Assembly: GCF_009914755.1 (NCBI RefSeq)
Contig: NC_060947.1
Direction: 5' to 3' (one strand)
DNA length: 64,000 nt
Source of the DNA: the human T2T-CHM13v2.0 reference genome, Homo sapiens
In this document: positions 1 through 12,909 of the stretch, piece by piece
Layout of the letters: the number at the start of each line of letters is the position of its first letter
Numbering within the stretch: the first letter of the stretch is position 1
The notes under the pieces: model-generated
What the model was told of the DNA's origin: nothing
The model's input: the letters and a program-made list of their open reading frames with translations, nothing else
The model's database searches: none
Made by a program: the position numbers and the translations under genes

Positions 1-867
1 GTCTGCCCAATTTTGCCAAGTCAGAATGAACTGCTGTGAATGAAACAAAATATTCACTCAGGGACGTGCTGGTACTCTGAAAAGTTATCCTCCTAAAAAA
101 TAGTTTTTCAGATTCTTCCTTTGTGTCTGAAGTCAGATTCTTTTGGCTGCTGCAACTGACTGAAACTTCCACTCAATATACCACAAGCCAAAAATCAGAA
201 ATTTTATTGACCAGATACAGTTAGTTGCAGGGGGAGAGGACAGTTGAGCATCACAAGAAGCAAAAAGCAAGGGCTGGAAAAGCCTCAGGAGATCAGGCTT
301 CAATTAGCCACTGTCACTTCAATTCTGTTTTTCTCTAAGATTTTGCCTTATTTTTAACTCACTTTTCAAACTAGCTTTCGCTGTTTCAGCATTTGTAGGA
401 CAGAAGGTTGCTGCTGTAAGGAGGTGGGTCACATGACCAATTTTGGTCCAATAAGCTACGGCTAAGAGGGTTGGAGGGGGGAATAGACCAAAGGTGAGCC
501 AATAAGATTCTCTTCAAGACCAACTATGAGTTGCTTTAACGGGATGCTTGAACCAAGACCGTGAAAACTTGAGAGGAGAACTTGTCAATGCCCATTTAAG
601 CAGGAAGTCTTTCTCCTTTTCCTTTGCTTGTTCAACCTGAATCTTCATATTTGCCTCTGTGTACACACTACTTCATTCATTGTCATTCTCCATTTGTCTC
701 TGCCATTCCCGTAGGTCAGTTTTGATGGCTCCAGGGTACGGCACGTGGCCAGACATGGCTGACTCACACTTTTTGCACACTCATGTGTCTTTTAGTCCAG
801 ACCAGTGGCAGAAACTAGCTAGTGTCTCCTAATACCAGTTCTAACATTTAGGGAAAGAATGAGAATG

Positions 868-945
868 GGTTGTTGTGAGGATCAAATGGGTTAATGTAGT
901 CTAATGCCCAGCACATCGTAAGCACTCTATACACATTAGCTATTC
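868..945 (+). mobile_element. MIR SINE 3' fragment
   Basis: GGGTTGTTGTGAGGATCAAATG...GCCCAGCACATCGTAAGCACTC resembles the MIR core/3' end. Confidence 0.6.
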
Positions 946-1104
946 TTCTTCTTCTTCAAGACCCTATTTGGGTGTTCTCTGTCCAATCTGCATGCTATTA
1001 TCCCTACTCTCTTGGCCCCAGCCAGAATAAATCACTTCTTTCCCGCCCTTGCTGCTGGAGCTTACGCATGCTTCTTTTTTCACTGTGTATGTTCCCTGTG
1101 ATAT

Positions 1105-1268
1105 TACAGTTATTTACTGGCATGCCTGTTTCTCATTCTAGACGCTAAGCATCTTGTGGGTAGGAGCCATTTCCCTCTCTCTTTGAACTGATTGTTAGGG
1201 ATGAGGTCTTGTGCAACAGCACCTGATGCATGGTAAGGGCTCCAGAAATGTTTGCCAGACTGAATGGA
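1105..1268 (+). mobile_element. L2 LINE 3' end fragment
   Basis: Resembles the L2 tail: ...CTAAGCATCTTGTGGGTAGG...ACAGCACCTGATGCATGGTAAGGGCTCCAGAAATGTTTG...TGAATG. Confidence 0.55.
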
Positions 1269-2296
1269 AGGCGTCTTTAGGGGCAAATTTCTCTTACTAA
1301 TGGAAACTTGGGGATAAGCTGATTTTCTTTGGCCCTGCTCCCATGCCTTGTTGACTTCCAAATAGCAAACTACAAGGCAGACTTCTGAATTACAGGTTAT
1401 CTTTAAGCACTTAGTTAATGTGGGCCAAAGGTCCCCTGGGTCGTTTTAGTGGCTCACCGGTGCAGGAGGAGTTTAATCAAGAGTAACTTCCTAGGAAGCA
1501 AGTGCGAATACAACTTTAGCTCCTTCTGGCTCCAAAAGGTGACTCTGGATGGAAACATTGTGTTCAAATGTCTGTGTGGTATACACAGTTGTATACACAG
1601 GATCATGTCCATGATATGAGTCCAAGTGCTAATTAATAAAGGGATTAAAGCATCAGCCTCACTCTTTGTTCCTGGCTTCTTTTCCTAGAATTCTCTATTC
1701 CCTTTGCATCCTTCTGTCTCACAGTCCTTGCAGTCCCTTCTCCTTCCTCTGCTACCTAGCCACTCTTCCCTGTACCCTTTCAGATGCCTATTTGTCATTG
1801 GGTTTGTTTGTTGCAGGTGTGTGGGTGTATATTTCCAGTGTTTTTAGTTTTGTGACATACAGGTCATCATAGCCTCCTGCACCTTTATTTCTAAGATTGC
1901 TGTCAACACACATCCACTTAAATTAGTGTTCTCATCTCAATCAATATACGTGGAGGTAGTAAATTTTTATGCCAGAATAAAGAAAGAAGGAGGCAGGAGG
2001 AACAGAAAGAAAGGAGAGCTGAGGAATATCTTTCACTCTTTAACTTGCAAACAACCCAGGAAGGTAAGGAGGGCAGTTTCTATGATCAACTCGAGGGAGA
2101 AAATGGAAATGGGAGGCAGTTAAGAGAAGCCATTTGCTAATTAGGACCAAGGATAGAATTTGAAACCTAGGTCTTTCGATCCCTAGTCACTGTTTTTCTG
2201 TCCTACTGGAATGCTTCTCAAATATGCTGCCTTTAAAAAAGTAACATCATTTCTTGTATACCATGCAAGAAACAATCAGGCCTTAAAAATTTAGAC

Positions 2297-2633
2297 CAAG
2301 GGGTTGGCTAACTGTGGCCTATAGGACAAATCCAGCCTGCCACCTGTTTCTGTATGCTCTGTGAGCTAAGAATGTTTTTTACATTTTCTAATGGTTAAAA
2401 AAATAAAAAAGAATAATATTCCTTGGCATATGGAAGTGATATGAAATTCAAGTTTTAGTGTCTATAAATAGTTTCATTAAAATACAGTCGAGCCCACTTA
2501 TTTGCCTATGGCTACCTTCATGTGACAACGGTAGCGTTGAGTAGCTGCTTACATACAGACAGGAACTGTATGGACCACAACGCTGAAACTATTTGCTATG
2601 TGACCCTTCGTAGAAACGCTTCTCTGGCCACTG
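2297..2633. mobile_element. MER58B-like hAT-Charlie MITE
   Basis: Begins CAAGGGGTTGGCTAACTGTGGCC..AAATCCAGCCTGCCACCTGTT and contains GAGCTAAGAATG. 8-bp TSD ATTTAGAC (2289-2296) / ATTTAGAT (2634-2641). Confidence 0.8.
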
Positions 2634-2641
2634 ATTTAGAT

Positions 2642-2803
2642 GCTTGCTACCTAAAGTGCAGTCTATACACCTGCAGCCTAGGAGTAACCTGGGAGCATGC
2701 TAGAATTGTAGAAACTCAGGCACTTTCCAAACCTATGGACTAGGCAGCTGCATTTTAATAAGAACCTCTGGTGATTCATATGCACGTTGAAGCCTGAGAA
2801 GCT
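2642..2803. mobile_element. MER5-family hAT-Charlie MITE
   Basis: CCTGGGAGCATGCTAGAATTGTAGA...CTGCATTTTAATAAGAACCTCTGGTGATTCATATGCAC..TGAGAAGC. Confidence 0.7.
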
Positions 2804-2996
2804 CAAGCTCAGAAAATAGTTGACTAGGGCTTTCTCTCATTAGACAAGCAGGATGGTTACTGGAAAGAAAATGAGCCTAGGGGTTAGACAGGGATGAATT
2901 TAAAATTGTGTTTCCACTGCTGAGTGGCTTCAGTTTCCTCGCCTGAAAAGTAAGGATAAATATGCTTTCCTCATCAGTTTCTTTTGGATTGGATGG

Positions 2997-3430
2997 TGTG
3001 TTAGCTTCCTAGGGTTTCCCTAACAAATTACCTTAAATTTGGTAGCTTAAAATGACAGAAATGTATTCTCTCACAGCTCTAGAAGTTAGAAGTCTGAAAC
3101 CAAATGTCAGCAGAGCCATGCCATCTCCAAAGGATCTAGGGGACAATTTTTCCTTGCCTCTGCCAGCTTCTGATAATTCCAGGTGTTCCTTAGCTGTGGC
3201 AGTATAAACTCACTGCCCTCACATGGCTTTCCTCTCTGTGTGTCTCTGTATGTCCTCTCCTCTTCTTATAAGGACATCAGTCATTGGATTTAGAGATCAC
3301 TCTAAATCCATTATCACATCATCTCAAGATCCTTACCTAATTACATCTGCAAAGAACTTATTTCCAAATAAGATCATATCTGAGGTTCTGAGTGGATATG
3401 GATTTGACCAGAACATTAGTCAACCCACTT
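2997..3430 (-). mobile_element. MLT1B/C-like MaLR solo LTR
   Basis: TGTGTTAGCTTCCTAGGG..AACAAATTACC..CAGAAATGTATTCTCTCACAG..CTTATAAGGACATCAGTCATTGGATTTAG..ATCTGCAAAG..TTTCCAAATAAG is the typical antisense MLT1 pattern. Confidence 0.8.
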
Positions 3431-4782
3431 CAGATTACATAAATACAGTTCAAACATCTGGCACATGGTAGGCATTTAAGACAGGTTTCCTATGCCTCTT
3501 TCCCCTCTTTAATTCAAATGACTCCAAGGCCGAGAATAGAGTGGGGACATGTTGTGGGAATCCCAGTGGGTACGTTTCACATTTTGACAGAGGAACATCT
3601 CCTTCACCAGGACACAGAGATGACGATGCTTTCATGACCTGCATCCTGGAGCTAAACCAGTTCTTTTCTCCTCTACGTTTTGGAGCGAAAGTACCTTTCA
3701 AGTGAAGGAACAGATGAATGCAAAGAAATAAGCCATCAGCAAGAAGAGACTGACAGTGCAGTGGTTTTACGTGAAGCTCTCGTTCTCTCCTCTCTGCTAC
3801 TTTTGTGCCTGCCTTGGGAGGAGATGAATATTCTCAGTGAAATTCCTGAAGGCCATGGCTTTCTGTTGTACTGGCTTTTCCTTACTATGAAACACATGTA
3901 GATCTCAAGAGAAAGTGAGTCAGGAACCCAATTTCGACTTTCTCATGAGCAAATCTTAAACAGGCATTAGCTTGGGGGTAAATCAGATTTAGGGTCTCCT
4001 ATTGGATATTACTGCTGGCAACTTTTAGATTGCCGAGTAATGTGACAAGCTATTGAGCCAATTCCACACTCTTATCTCCCATTGCCTTTGTATATATAAT
4101 CAGCCACATCTGCTTTCTGAAGTTCTGGGTTACACTTTCCTCTCATATTGCACGTCTATTCCACGGATCTGGTCTCTTCTGTATTAATTACCCAATTAGC
4201 CACCAGTGGTGCACATTATAACTTTGCATTTCCTGTAAACAGCCTCCCTGATAGGAGATATGTTGAAATCTCCTCTGTACCCAGCAACCAAGTGCTGTAA
4301 TTCTCAGCGCAGCACCTGTCTCAGAGCTGAAACAAATCAATCGCTAAATGTGACTGCAGCTAGATTACTAACTCAATCTTCTGTTCTCCAAGGGGGAAAG
4401 AGGCGCAACCTTTAATACTGAGGAGCCTGCTGAACAAAAGTAGGAGCTTTGTTATTGGTAAGAAAATATCTGCCAGGAAGGGGAAACCCTGATCTTGGAG
4501 GGGGTTTTACTTTTACATGTTTATAACATTTATTTTAAAGTAGAATTGTTTGGTTTTTATTTTCTGATCCTGTTTTGGGTGAGGGGCATAGAATCATGCC
4601 CATTAAAACTCTTTTGTTCTGCATGTTGTAGTTTAAAGAGAGTATGCTTTATTTTCCTACAGAAAAATTTGGAGAACCAAGGTATGTTGCCCCCAAAATA
4701 GGAAATACGATTGCCTTTGAAGAATTAAACTTTAAGCTCAGTAGATACAGGATTAAGGCAAAGTCATCTTAAAGCAGTAAGG

Positions 4783-4950
4783 TGATTCTCAATCCTGCCT
4801 GCATGTTAGACACATCTAGAGGGCGTTTAAAAAATGCTCTTGCCCCAGGCATGCCACCAGAGATTCTTATTTAATTGGACCAGGGTAGTGCCCAGGTGTT
4901 TCATTAAAACCTCCAAAGTGATTCTCACTAGCTGTCAGGGTTGAGAATGT
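4783..4950. mobile_element. MER5-family hAT-Charlie MITE
   Basis: GATTCTCAATCCTG...CCAGAGATTCTTATTTAATTGG...GTGATTCT...CAGGGTTGAGAA, with imperfect terminal inverted repeats. Confidence 0.65.
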
Positions 4951-5189
4951 TGCCTTAAAGAAACAGAGTAGCTTATAGGCGTCAGTGCTTCACTCATATC
5001 ACAGAATTCTTCTAAAGAAAGAATGTGTCTTTCAGAAGGAGGAGTGTGTGTGTGGTTAGCTAAGGAAGTTCTGGAGAAAGTCGTGTCTTTGAGCCTTTCT
5101 CTAATCACCAGGTTTAAAATTTCATTCCTCATCTTCCAATCTCTATGTCCCTTACTTGCTTTAATTGTTTCCCTTTATACTATTTTCTA

Positions 5190-5365
5190 TCCAGAATATA
5201 CGTGTCATGAAAATAGATTGGTTTTGTGTCTGTTCTGTTCACCGCTGTATCTCTAATGCCTATTAGATGATTTGAGACAGTCTAGCACATGGTATTTACA
5301 TGGTAGACAGATATATAATGAATGAATGAGCAAAAGAATGAATAAATACTTAAATGAATGAGTGA
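5190..5365 (+). mobile_element. L2 3' end
   Basis: TGTCTGTTCTGTTCACCGCTGTATCTCTAATGCCTA..TAGCACATGGTA followed by a (TGAA)n tail. Confidence 0.65.
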
Positions 5366-5560
5366 AAGGGCTCACAGAAGCAAGTATTCCTATTTCTTTG
5401 AAAGTAATTTCTACTGTGAAAACAATACGTAAGATTTTCTTTAGCTGAGTGTGTAAAACATTCCGAAGTAATTTAATTATGGTTTGGATTCAAATATGTG
5501 TTTTCCTAAGGAGAGAAAGAATATACTGTCGTTGAAATGATTCAGGTTCTGTGATAGTAG

Positions 5561-5926
<366 letters not shown>

Positions 5927-7162
5927 TGAATTACCATATAAAATACTTATAGAAAGGAAATGAACTAGTTGTGCCAATTATTGATTCCTGTTACATAGTT
6001 TTCATTGTGCAATTATAAATTAGCATTTATACATTATTCTTGTGAGCTTGATTAACATGAGTGCACTTTTGAGCAATGAGTAGATTCACCTCTGCCCTTT
6101 ATATGTGACTCATTCAGGTTTTAGAGTTTTCAACGCCAAGCGTTAAACCTTAGAGCAGAGCAAATCCACCAAGCTCACAACCCTGTGAAGCCATTTCCAC
6201 CTCTGCCTAAAAGAGACTTTCAACGTTATTTTAATTCATACCACATTTTAGTAAACATAAAATCTTACACTATCCTTGATTGTGATTTGAAATTTCTAAA
6301 TACTTAAATGAAACACACTTTATAATTTTCTTTCTCAGACTACAAATCCGCCCCTTTATCCACCCTTTCTCCTATCACAAATGATTCTGGTTTGTCCACT
6401 TGGTTGAAAAATAACTGCTCCAAGTGTGCCTCCACTGGCACACTCGCAGGGTTGACAGTTCCCCTGGCCTTCAGCTGTGGCAGGCAGGCCTTCTTTAGAG
6501 TAGACCAGCATCTGCTTTTTCCAAACTATTATGCATTAGTCTTAGCCTCTGGAACGAGGAAGCCAGGGCAAGCTCCCTTTTCAGAGTAGGATTATATGAC
6601 GACTTCTCTCATTGCCTCTTTAGTCTTCCCATGTTTTGAACCCAGAGTAAAATAACAACAAAAACACAAACACTCCCCCCTCAAAACCAGGGAAGATTTC
6701 TGTTAGTTTCGTGCACACACTGGATTGATCTACGTGGAGTTGGAGGAAAAGAAGGGAATTTGATCCTGAGGTTGAAGCCATTCCGCCACCAAGAAAAAGC
6801 TCCCCAGTCTGCCTTCAGCCCACAGACATACCAGACAGTTCATCAGCACAGTAAAACCTAGACTGGCATCTCTTCCTAAGGCTCACAGCTACCCAGGCTT
6901 TAATTTTTTGTAGCTGTCCTCAGGTTATAACATCCCAGGAGCCTTAATTATAATGATAATTATAATCACAGCAAAAAACACACAAAATTTAGAGGACTTT
7001 ACCAAGAGGTGCTCAGGGAAAGATTTTGTTTGTCAGCTGATGGAGTCTCTGTTGTAGGAAACTTTTCTGTTTTTTATTTCCCCTAGGTGATGGCACTTTC
7101 CTCTCGATCCTGAATCATCTGTTCATCATCTATTTACTTTATTCCTCATCCCCCTGGATCTA

Positions 7163-7310
7163 CTTTTTCAAACATAATGTGCATAGGAATCACCTGGGGA
7201 TCTTGTTAAACTGTAGATTCTGATTTAGAGGGAACCTGACATTCCACATTTCCAACAAGCTTCCCAGTAATGGCAGTGCCGCTGTACATGGACCACACTT
7301 CGTGTAGCAA
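7163..7310. mobile_element. MER5-family MITE
   Basis: GCATAGGAATCACCTGGGGATCTTGTTAAA..AGATTCTGATT..AACAAGCTTCCCAG..GGACCACACTT. Confidence 0.75.
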
Positions 7311-7317
7311 AGCTCTC

Positions 7318-7524
7318 TTGCTATTCAATTGAACGTCCTGCAACGAAGGAAGCGCTCTATAATCTGCTCCGTCCAATATCGTAGCCACTAGCCACATGTG
7401 CCTATGGAGCACTTGATATGTGGCTAGTGTGACTAAGGAACTGAATTTTAAATTCAATTCAATTTTACTTAATTTAAATTTAAATAGCTGCATGTGGCTA
7501 GCGGGAACTGTGTTGGATACCTCA
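7318..7524. mobile_element. MER3 hAT-Charlie MITE (internally palindromic)
   Basis: GTCCAATATCGTAGCCACTAGCCACATGTG..AGCACTTGATATGTGGCTAG..GGAACTGAATTTTAAATT..AATTTAAATAGCTGCATGTGGCTAG. Confidence 0.85.
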
Positions 7525-7532
7525 CTCTGGAG

Positions 7533-7760
7533 TGGGAACAAACCAGCAAACTTTTTATGTAAAAGGCCAAATAGTAAATATTTTAGGCTTTGCGGCCACA
7601 CGGACTCTGCTACGAGTACCCACCCTGCCACTGCAACATGGAGAAAAAATCATAGACAATACATAAACAAATGAACATGGCTGTGTTCCACTAAAACTTA
7701 ATTGGCAAAAGCAGGTAGTGGGCTGGTTTTGGCTTGTAGACTGTGGTTTGCAGACCTCTG
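7533..7760. mobile_element. MER58A hAT-Charlie MITE
   Basis: GCAAACTTTTTATGTAAAAGGCCAAATAGTAAATATTTTAGGCTTTGCGGCC...GTTTGCAGACCTCTG. Perfect 8-bp TSD CTCTGGAG (7525-7532 / 7761-7768). Confidence 0.88.
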
Positions 7761-8018
7761 CTCTGGAGTATAATTCAGTGGTATTAAAAGAAATATTTAA
7801 AAAATAACATATAGCGTATTCCTGAGACTAAAATAAATGCCTTTCTTTACATTTATATTTGAACTGCATAAAACATGCTTTTAATCCATACAAATTCCAT
7901 AAGCAAATTGTCATTTAAAAATTGAAACCCAATGTTCTGTGTTATTGTATAAAATTATTGCCCATGAGTGTTTATTACTGTTAGTCTATTAGATTGTCGT
8001 TCTGCACATATGTGGGTG

Positions 8019-8020
<2 letters not shown>

Positions 8021-8057
<37 letters not shown>
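8021..8057. repeat. (CA)18 microsatellite
   Basis: Perfect CA run read directly from the sequence. Confidence 0.98.
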
Positions 8058-8059
<2 letters not shown>

Positions 8060-9429
8060 TTTTGCATGTGGTTTTGGTCTTGAAATCTTTATTGCACTAC
8101 CATCTACAATGTGCTCAAGCTCTGATTATTATGCAGTAAATATTTTGCAGTAAATATTTTTGAGATACTAACCTCTGAATTTGATGGTTGAGGCAGTGGA
8201 GTTATTTTCTCTTAGTATATGTACTGTATAAATATGAGAGAGATGTGTGTAATCAATTCCTGTTAATCTATCTGCATTCCTTTCTGTTGTTTTTCACAAA
8301 AGCTACCAGGAATATTTTTATATGTGTTCTTTTTAAGTTAGCTACATTTTTCCAGTTATGCTATCTATCTTGAAATAATCAATGGCATGCTGGGACATTG
8401 TTAGTTTACATCATTAACCATGAGAAACAGTAAGGAGTTATGCAGAAATCCCTCACTGTGCTAAGCCCCCAATTTTTTTTTAAAGGAGCAATCTAAAGAT
8501 AGTTACATATTATAGATGCAAACAATTTCACATTTTGTATTAACACAATCTGTGTTCAAAAACCATTATGGTGCCAGTTTAATAAGCCATCACACTGAAA
8601 TGGCTGTAAATATGCTTGGTAAAGATGATAAATATTAAGAGGGCACTGGTCAGAAGTCATCCCTATGGTCTAGTAAGGGACAATTGAGAACAATGTTATA
8701 ATCAGAACGGCTTTGGAACTTCACATTATGGGATCCTCCAAAGAAATAGCCATTATCTACCCATCACCCTTAAAGGCAACCAATGGTCCAAGTCACAGTT
8801 TCCTAAAAAGATGCAGTGAATTTGTGTTCAGGTGGAGCTAATATTGATATCCGAGGTATATACATTCTAATGGAGGCAACGAAGTAGCAGGCACTTGGGC
8901 AAAGATACTTGCATTCAAGTGAGTTACAGCGTCATGGTTAACCTGACAGAAAAAGGGTAGGGAAGTTGTGGGGCAGCAATCAAGTCAGTGATTTGTTGCC
9001 TGAGGACCAAGGGAAGAGGACATAGGCCTTCTAAGAGTCCAATTTTTGTTTGCTATGGCTCAAAACTTTTCCAGTGAGAAAGTATATATTATTAGAAACT
9101 AGGCATGTAATGTGGGCTATATATGATAAAGACCACATAAAAGTAAGGACATGGGTACTTACACCTCTAACCTTGGTATCTTGGATCCTGGAGTTAGGGC
9201 ACAGAACTTCTCTAGTCCCCAGTTCCTTATGGGGATGGAGCTTCCAATATCTTCCCAGCCTGGAGGTAAGGCAATAAGGCAGGGGAAAGTAGGGTTTCCA
9301 AACCAGAGATGAGAACTTTTGGGTTCTTTTACATTGCAAGTTCTTGTACGAATTTAAAGCTCAGAACAAGTTGTTAGCATTCTCTATCCCTCCTTCTTTT
9401 TGCTTTCCTGTGACCTTTGCTCTCTTGTA

Positions 9430-9625
9430 GTACTTTGTATGCACCTGTACTATCACATCACAGTGCACATGCAGTCTTGAAATTGACTTTATGTATTTTT
9501 CTCCCTCACTTGACTGTGAACTTCTTGAAGCTAAGGACTATGTTGTCCATCTCTGTATCCTCCGTGCCTAGCACAGTGTCTGACATAAGGCACATACCAA
9601 TACACAGAAAAAGTTTGAACTGAAT
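9430..9625 (+). mobile_element. L2 3' end
   Basis: CACTTGACTGTGAACTTCTTGAAG..GGACTATGT..TCTGTATCCTCCGTGCCTAGCACAGTGTCTGACATA. Confidence 0.7.
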
Positions 9626-9831
9626 ATCCAAAACCAATTATAATTATTTGAAAATAATTTTATTATAAAGGTTAGCCATTTAATTGAAGAACATTTTTTA
9701 ATGCATCAAATAGGAATATGATTTTTTTTTACAAATCTGAAATTATATTCCACACAGAATATTTCCGCTTGCTTTTTTACTTACATGAGTAATTAATTCT
9801 GTTATAACTCTACAAATTGTTTTTTCTAACT

Positions 9832-10203
9832 GCTATGATAAAGATATTGGTGCTTATCAAGCATTCCATTTTGCCCTCTGCATTTCTCATCTCCTTTGCA
9901 GCTAGATAGAGCTCCATGATTAATTCTTGCCAATGGGCATAGGCAGAAAGGACAAAAGTCATTTCTGGGCCAAAGCTAGCATGTATCCCCACCAATTTAT
10001 TTCTTTTCCTGCTAAGTGACTAGGGACATTCTATGATGGATTTTCCATCAGCTTCTGTCTCTGAATGGCCATGTGGAGCTATGACTTCTGCCACTCCCTG
10101 TTGGACAGGGAGCACAAGTGAGAAATCACATCTTTGTTTTCATAAGCCACTGGGATTTCTAGGTTAATTTGTTATGGCAGCATGCCCTATTCTCAATAAT
10201 ACA
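9832..10203 (+). mobile_element. Old MLT1 (I/J-like) MaLR LTR
   Basis: CCTTTGCAGCTAG..TTCTTGCCAATGGG..TGAGAAATCACATCTTTG..TAAGCCACTGGGATTT..TTGTTATGGCAGCA..AATACA end. Confidence 0.65.
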
Positions 10204-10209
10204 GGTACA

Positions 10210-10590
10210 TAGAATACTATTGTATGTATAATACCCTGTATTTACAATTTCCTATTATATGATATTTTAATTGTTTTTACTATTTTACTAGTATAAGCAA
10301 TGCTCTGATGGCACTTATTAATATGTAATATTTGCAGAAATTAATGATGATTTTCTTAAGATAAATTCTCAGAGATAAAATTATGGAGTAAAATAATTTG
10401 GAGATTGTAAAAGATTTACTATATGTGTCCAAATTGACCTCCAGAAAGGTAATGCCAATTTATAGTGCCATTATCAGTACATATGAGTGCTAGTTTTGCC
10501 ATGCCTCGCCAAACTGGGTATTTTTGTTCTTTAGAATAATTGCAAATTTAATAGTTAAAAACTATTTTGGCTTCAAATCAGATTCATTTT
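10210..10590 (-). mobile_element. Ancient L1ME-type fragment
   Basis: AGCAATGCT..GATAAATTCTCAG..CCAAATTGACCTCCAGAAAGGTAATGCCAATTTATA..CCTCGCCAAACTGGGTAT matches antisense L1M ORF2 end/3'UTR. Confidence 0.65.
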
Positions 10591-11409
10591 AGTAGCAACA
10601 TGACCTTAATTGTGGCAGATTTTTACTGAAGCTGTTTCCTAATGGCTCTTGGTATAGAGCTTAAGTAAATTGAAGATGAAGGTAGAACCTATTCAGTACA
10701 AAAACTTTTGGAAATACAGTAGAGACGAATTTGTCAATGTATCTGGATGTCTCAAGGACGTATGTTAAGGCAACAATGAAGTGATTGAATAATTGCATTT
10801 TTTTTCCAGAATTTTTTTTCCTTTGCTCTATCTAGACATTTATTGCTGTACTATGAGAAAAAATATGTATATGATGGCTGATTTCCTGAAACACTTTACA
10901 GATCCTAGGAGAGCTCATTGCTGTAGTCTTTGTTCATTAAAAACTAAAAAAAAAAAAAAAAAATCTGACTCCTTCCTGCATCATTCCACCCCAAGGATTT
11001 AAGGAATAATACATCTTAATATAGTAGAGAGTCCAAAAATGAATATATTCCTATTGAAAGGCTGAGGTCACAGTAGAACTGTGTCCTGAGTGCCTGGCAC
11101 ATAGTAAGTCTTCAAAGTGCTTAGAGAAACAAAGGGAGGAAGAAAAGAAGGAAGAAAGAAAGGAAGAGAAGAAAAGTACTATGTCACATATTTGGAACAA
11201 GAAGGGAATGGAGACATGACTCTATATAATCCTTTTATTTGAAATTTAACTCAAATAAATTAAGTGTGGTCTTCATGGTTCCAAGCTCATAGGTAGGAAG
11301 TAGTTGGAGTGGGATACAAGCCCAGATCTTTTATTCCCATCTAGTGTTTCTATTGCATTGAGTAGCTTGTTGTTATTTCTCTGCCACCTAAGTAAATTTG
11401 GATGAGAAG

Positions 11410-11700
11410 CAATCACTCAATAGTTATTGAGCACCTACATACTGGACTCTGGTAGATGCTTTGAGCCCATAGGGGTCTCATGATCCAGCAAGGGAGACTG
11501 ATATGAAATCAAATAAGATCTCTGATAGAGGTCCATGAAGGATGGTGTTAAAAAGGGCAAATGCGTAAAGAAGCATTCAAATTGGGGCATTAGGGAAACT
11601 TTCTTTGTGGATCTAGTTTTGTGTTGAGTTTCCAAAGATTAGTAAGATTTTAATTGCAAGAGGAGGAGAGAAGAGATACTTTTAAAGTAAGAAAATGCTT
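11410..11700 (-). mobile_element. L2 fragment
   Basis: CACTCAATAGTTATTGAGCACCTAC.. start typical of an antisense L2 tail. Confidence 0.5.
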
Positions 11701-12335
11701 AATATAAACAAAACATTTGAAAAGAATGCACATGGCAAACAAAACATTCTGTTTTAAGGAGGCAGTAGAGCTCAGAGGCTAAGAGCTAGGTTTGACTGAT
11801 AACTATGTGACTTATTAATTTTGTGACTTTGTAATTTGATTGAAGTAGTCAGTCCAGTCTGAAAGAACATTTTGACTTTCCCCCAATATACTCAATTGTG
11901 GTTTCACATTGTAGAAATAGTCTTATTCCTTTAAATAGATACAAGTTTAAAAGAAATTTTCTGCCCGAAATACGATTACCCTAAAGCAATGATTTGTGGC
12001 AAATTTTCTATGCTTCTTCTCTTAGAGAAATTGATTGTGTCCAAATCTAATCCATTTATTGATAAGGCAATTTTTTACACGTAAAAAGTTTTCAGTACAT
12101 TAACTGAAAAAAATCCCAATAGAATAGATTCTGAGAAAGCATGTGTAATTTTCTTTAAATTATGTCAAAATTGTCTCTAATTCTAGCAGATCATAAGAAG
12201 AGAAAATGTGTGTGTGTGTGTTTACATTTAGGAAGCTGAATAAAATATGTTTAAATGTTAGATTGGAACTCAATCTTAAAAATTTAATGATGTTTTTCTT
12301 TATAGTCATGCAGAAGGCACTGGGGCAATACTAAC

Positions 12336-12909
12336 TGTTATGGTTAATTTTATGTATCAACTGGACTGGGCCACAGGATATCCAGATATTTGGTCAAACA
12401 TTATTCTGGGTGTTTTCTGTGAGGTTGGTTTTGGATGCAATTAACATACAAATCTGTAGACTGAATAAAATAGTAGTGTCTCTGTCCCTCCTTAGTGTCT
12501 GTGGCCTGAAAGGAAGAAGAAGACTGACTTTCCACCAAGTAAAAGAGAATTCTTTCTGCCTGATGGCCTTTGAACTGGGAAATCGGATTTTTTTTTTCCC
12601 TGCCTTTGGACTAGAATTGAAACACTTGGCTCTTCCAGGATTTCAAGCCTGTGAGCCTTCAGACTAGAACTTACACCATCAGCTCTCCTTTGGACTCAGA
12701 CTAGAAATACACCATTGGAAGTCCTGGGTCTTCAGCTTGCCAACTCACTCTGCAGACCTTGGGAAATGTCAGCATCAGTAATCATGTGAGCCAATTCCTT
12801 ATCATCAATCTCTCTCTATCCATAACTATATATCTATGTATCTATATCTATCTATATATTTTCTTTTCTCCTGTTAGTTCTGTTTCTCTGGAGAACCCTG
12901 ACTAATGCA
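12336..12909 (+). mobile_element. MLT2 (ERVL) solo LTR, MLT2B/D-like
   Basis: TGTTATGGTTAATTTTATGTATCAACTGGACTGGGCC..CCAGATATTTGGTCAAACATTATTCTGG...GTTCTGTTTCTCTGGAGAACCCTGACTAATGCA, with an internal TATC-type microsatellite. Confidence 0.88.

Noticed and set aside
120-560. Possible old LTR33/MLT1-type fragments
   Set aside because: Only short motif resemblance. I cannot fix the family, strand or boundaries.
8132-8159. 14-bp tandem duplication (similar ones near 1578 and 17120)
   Set aside because: Ordinary slippage micro-duplications, expected at this frequency.
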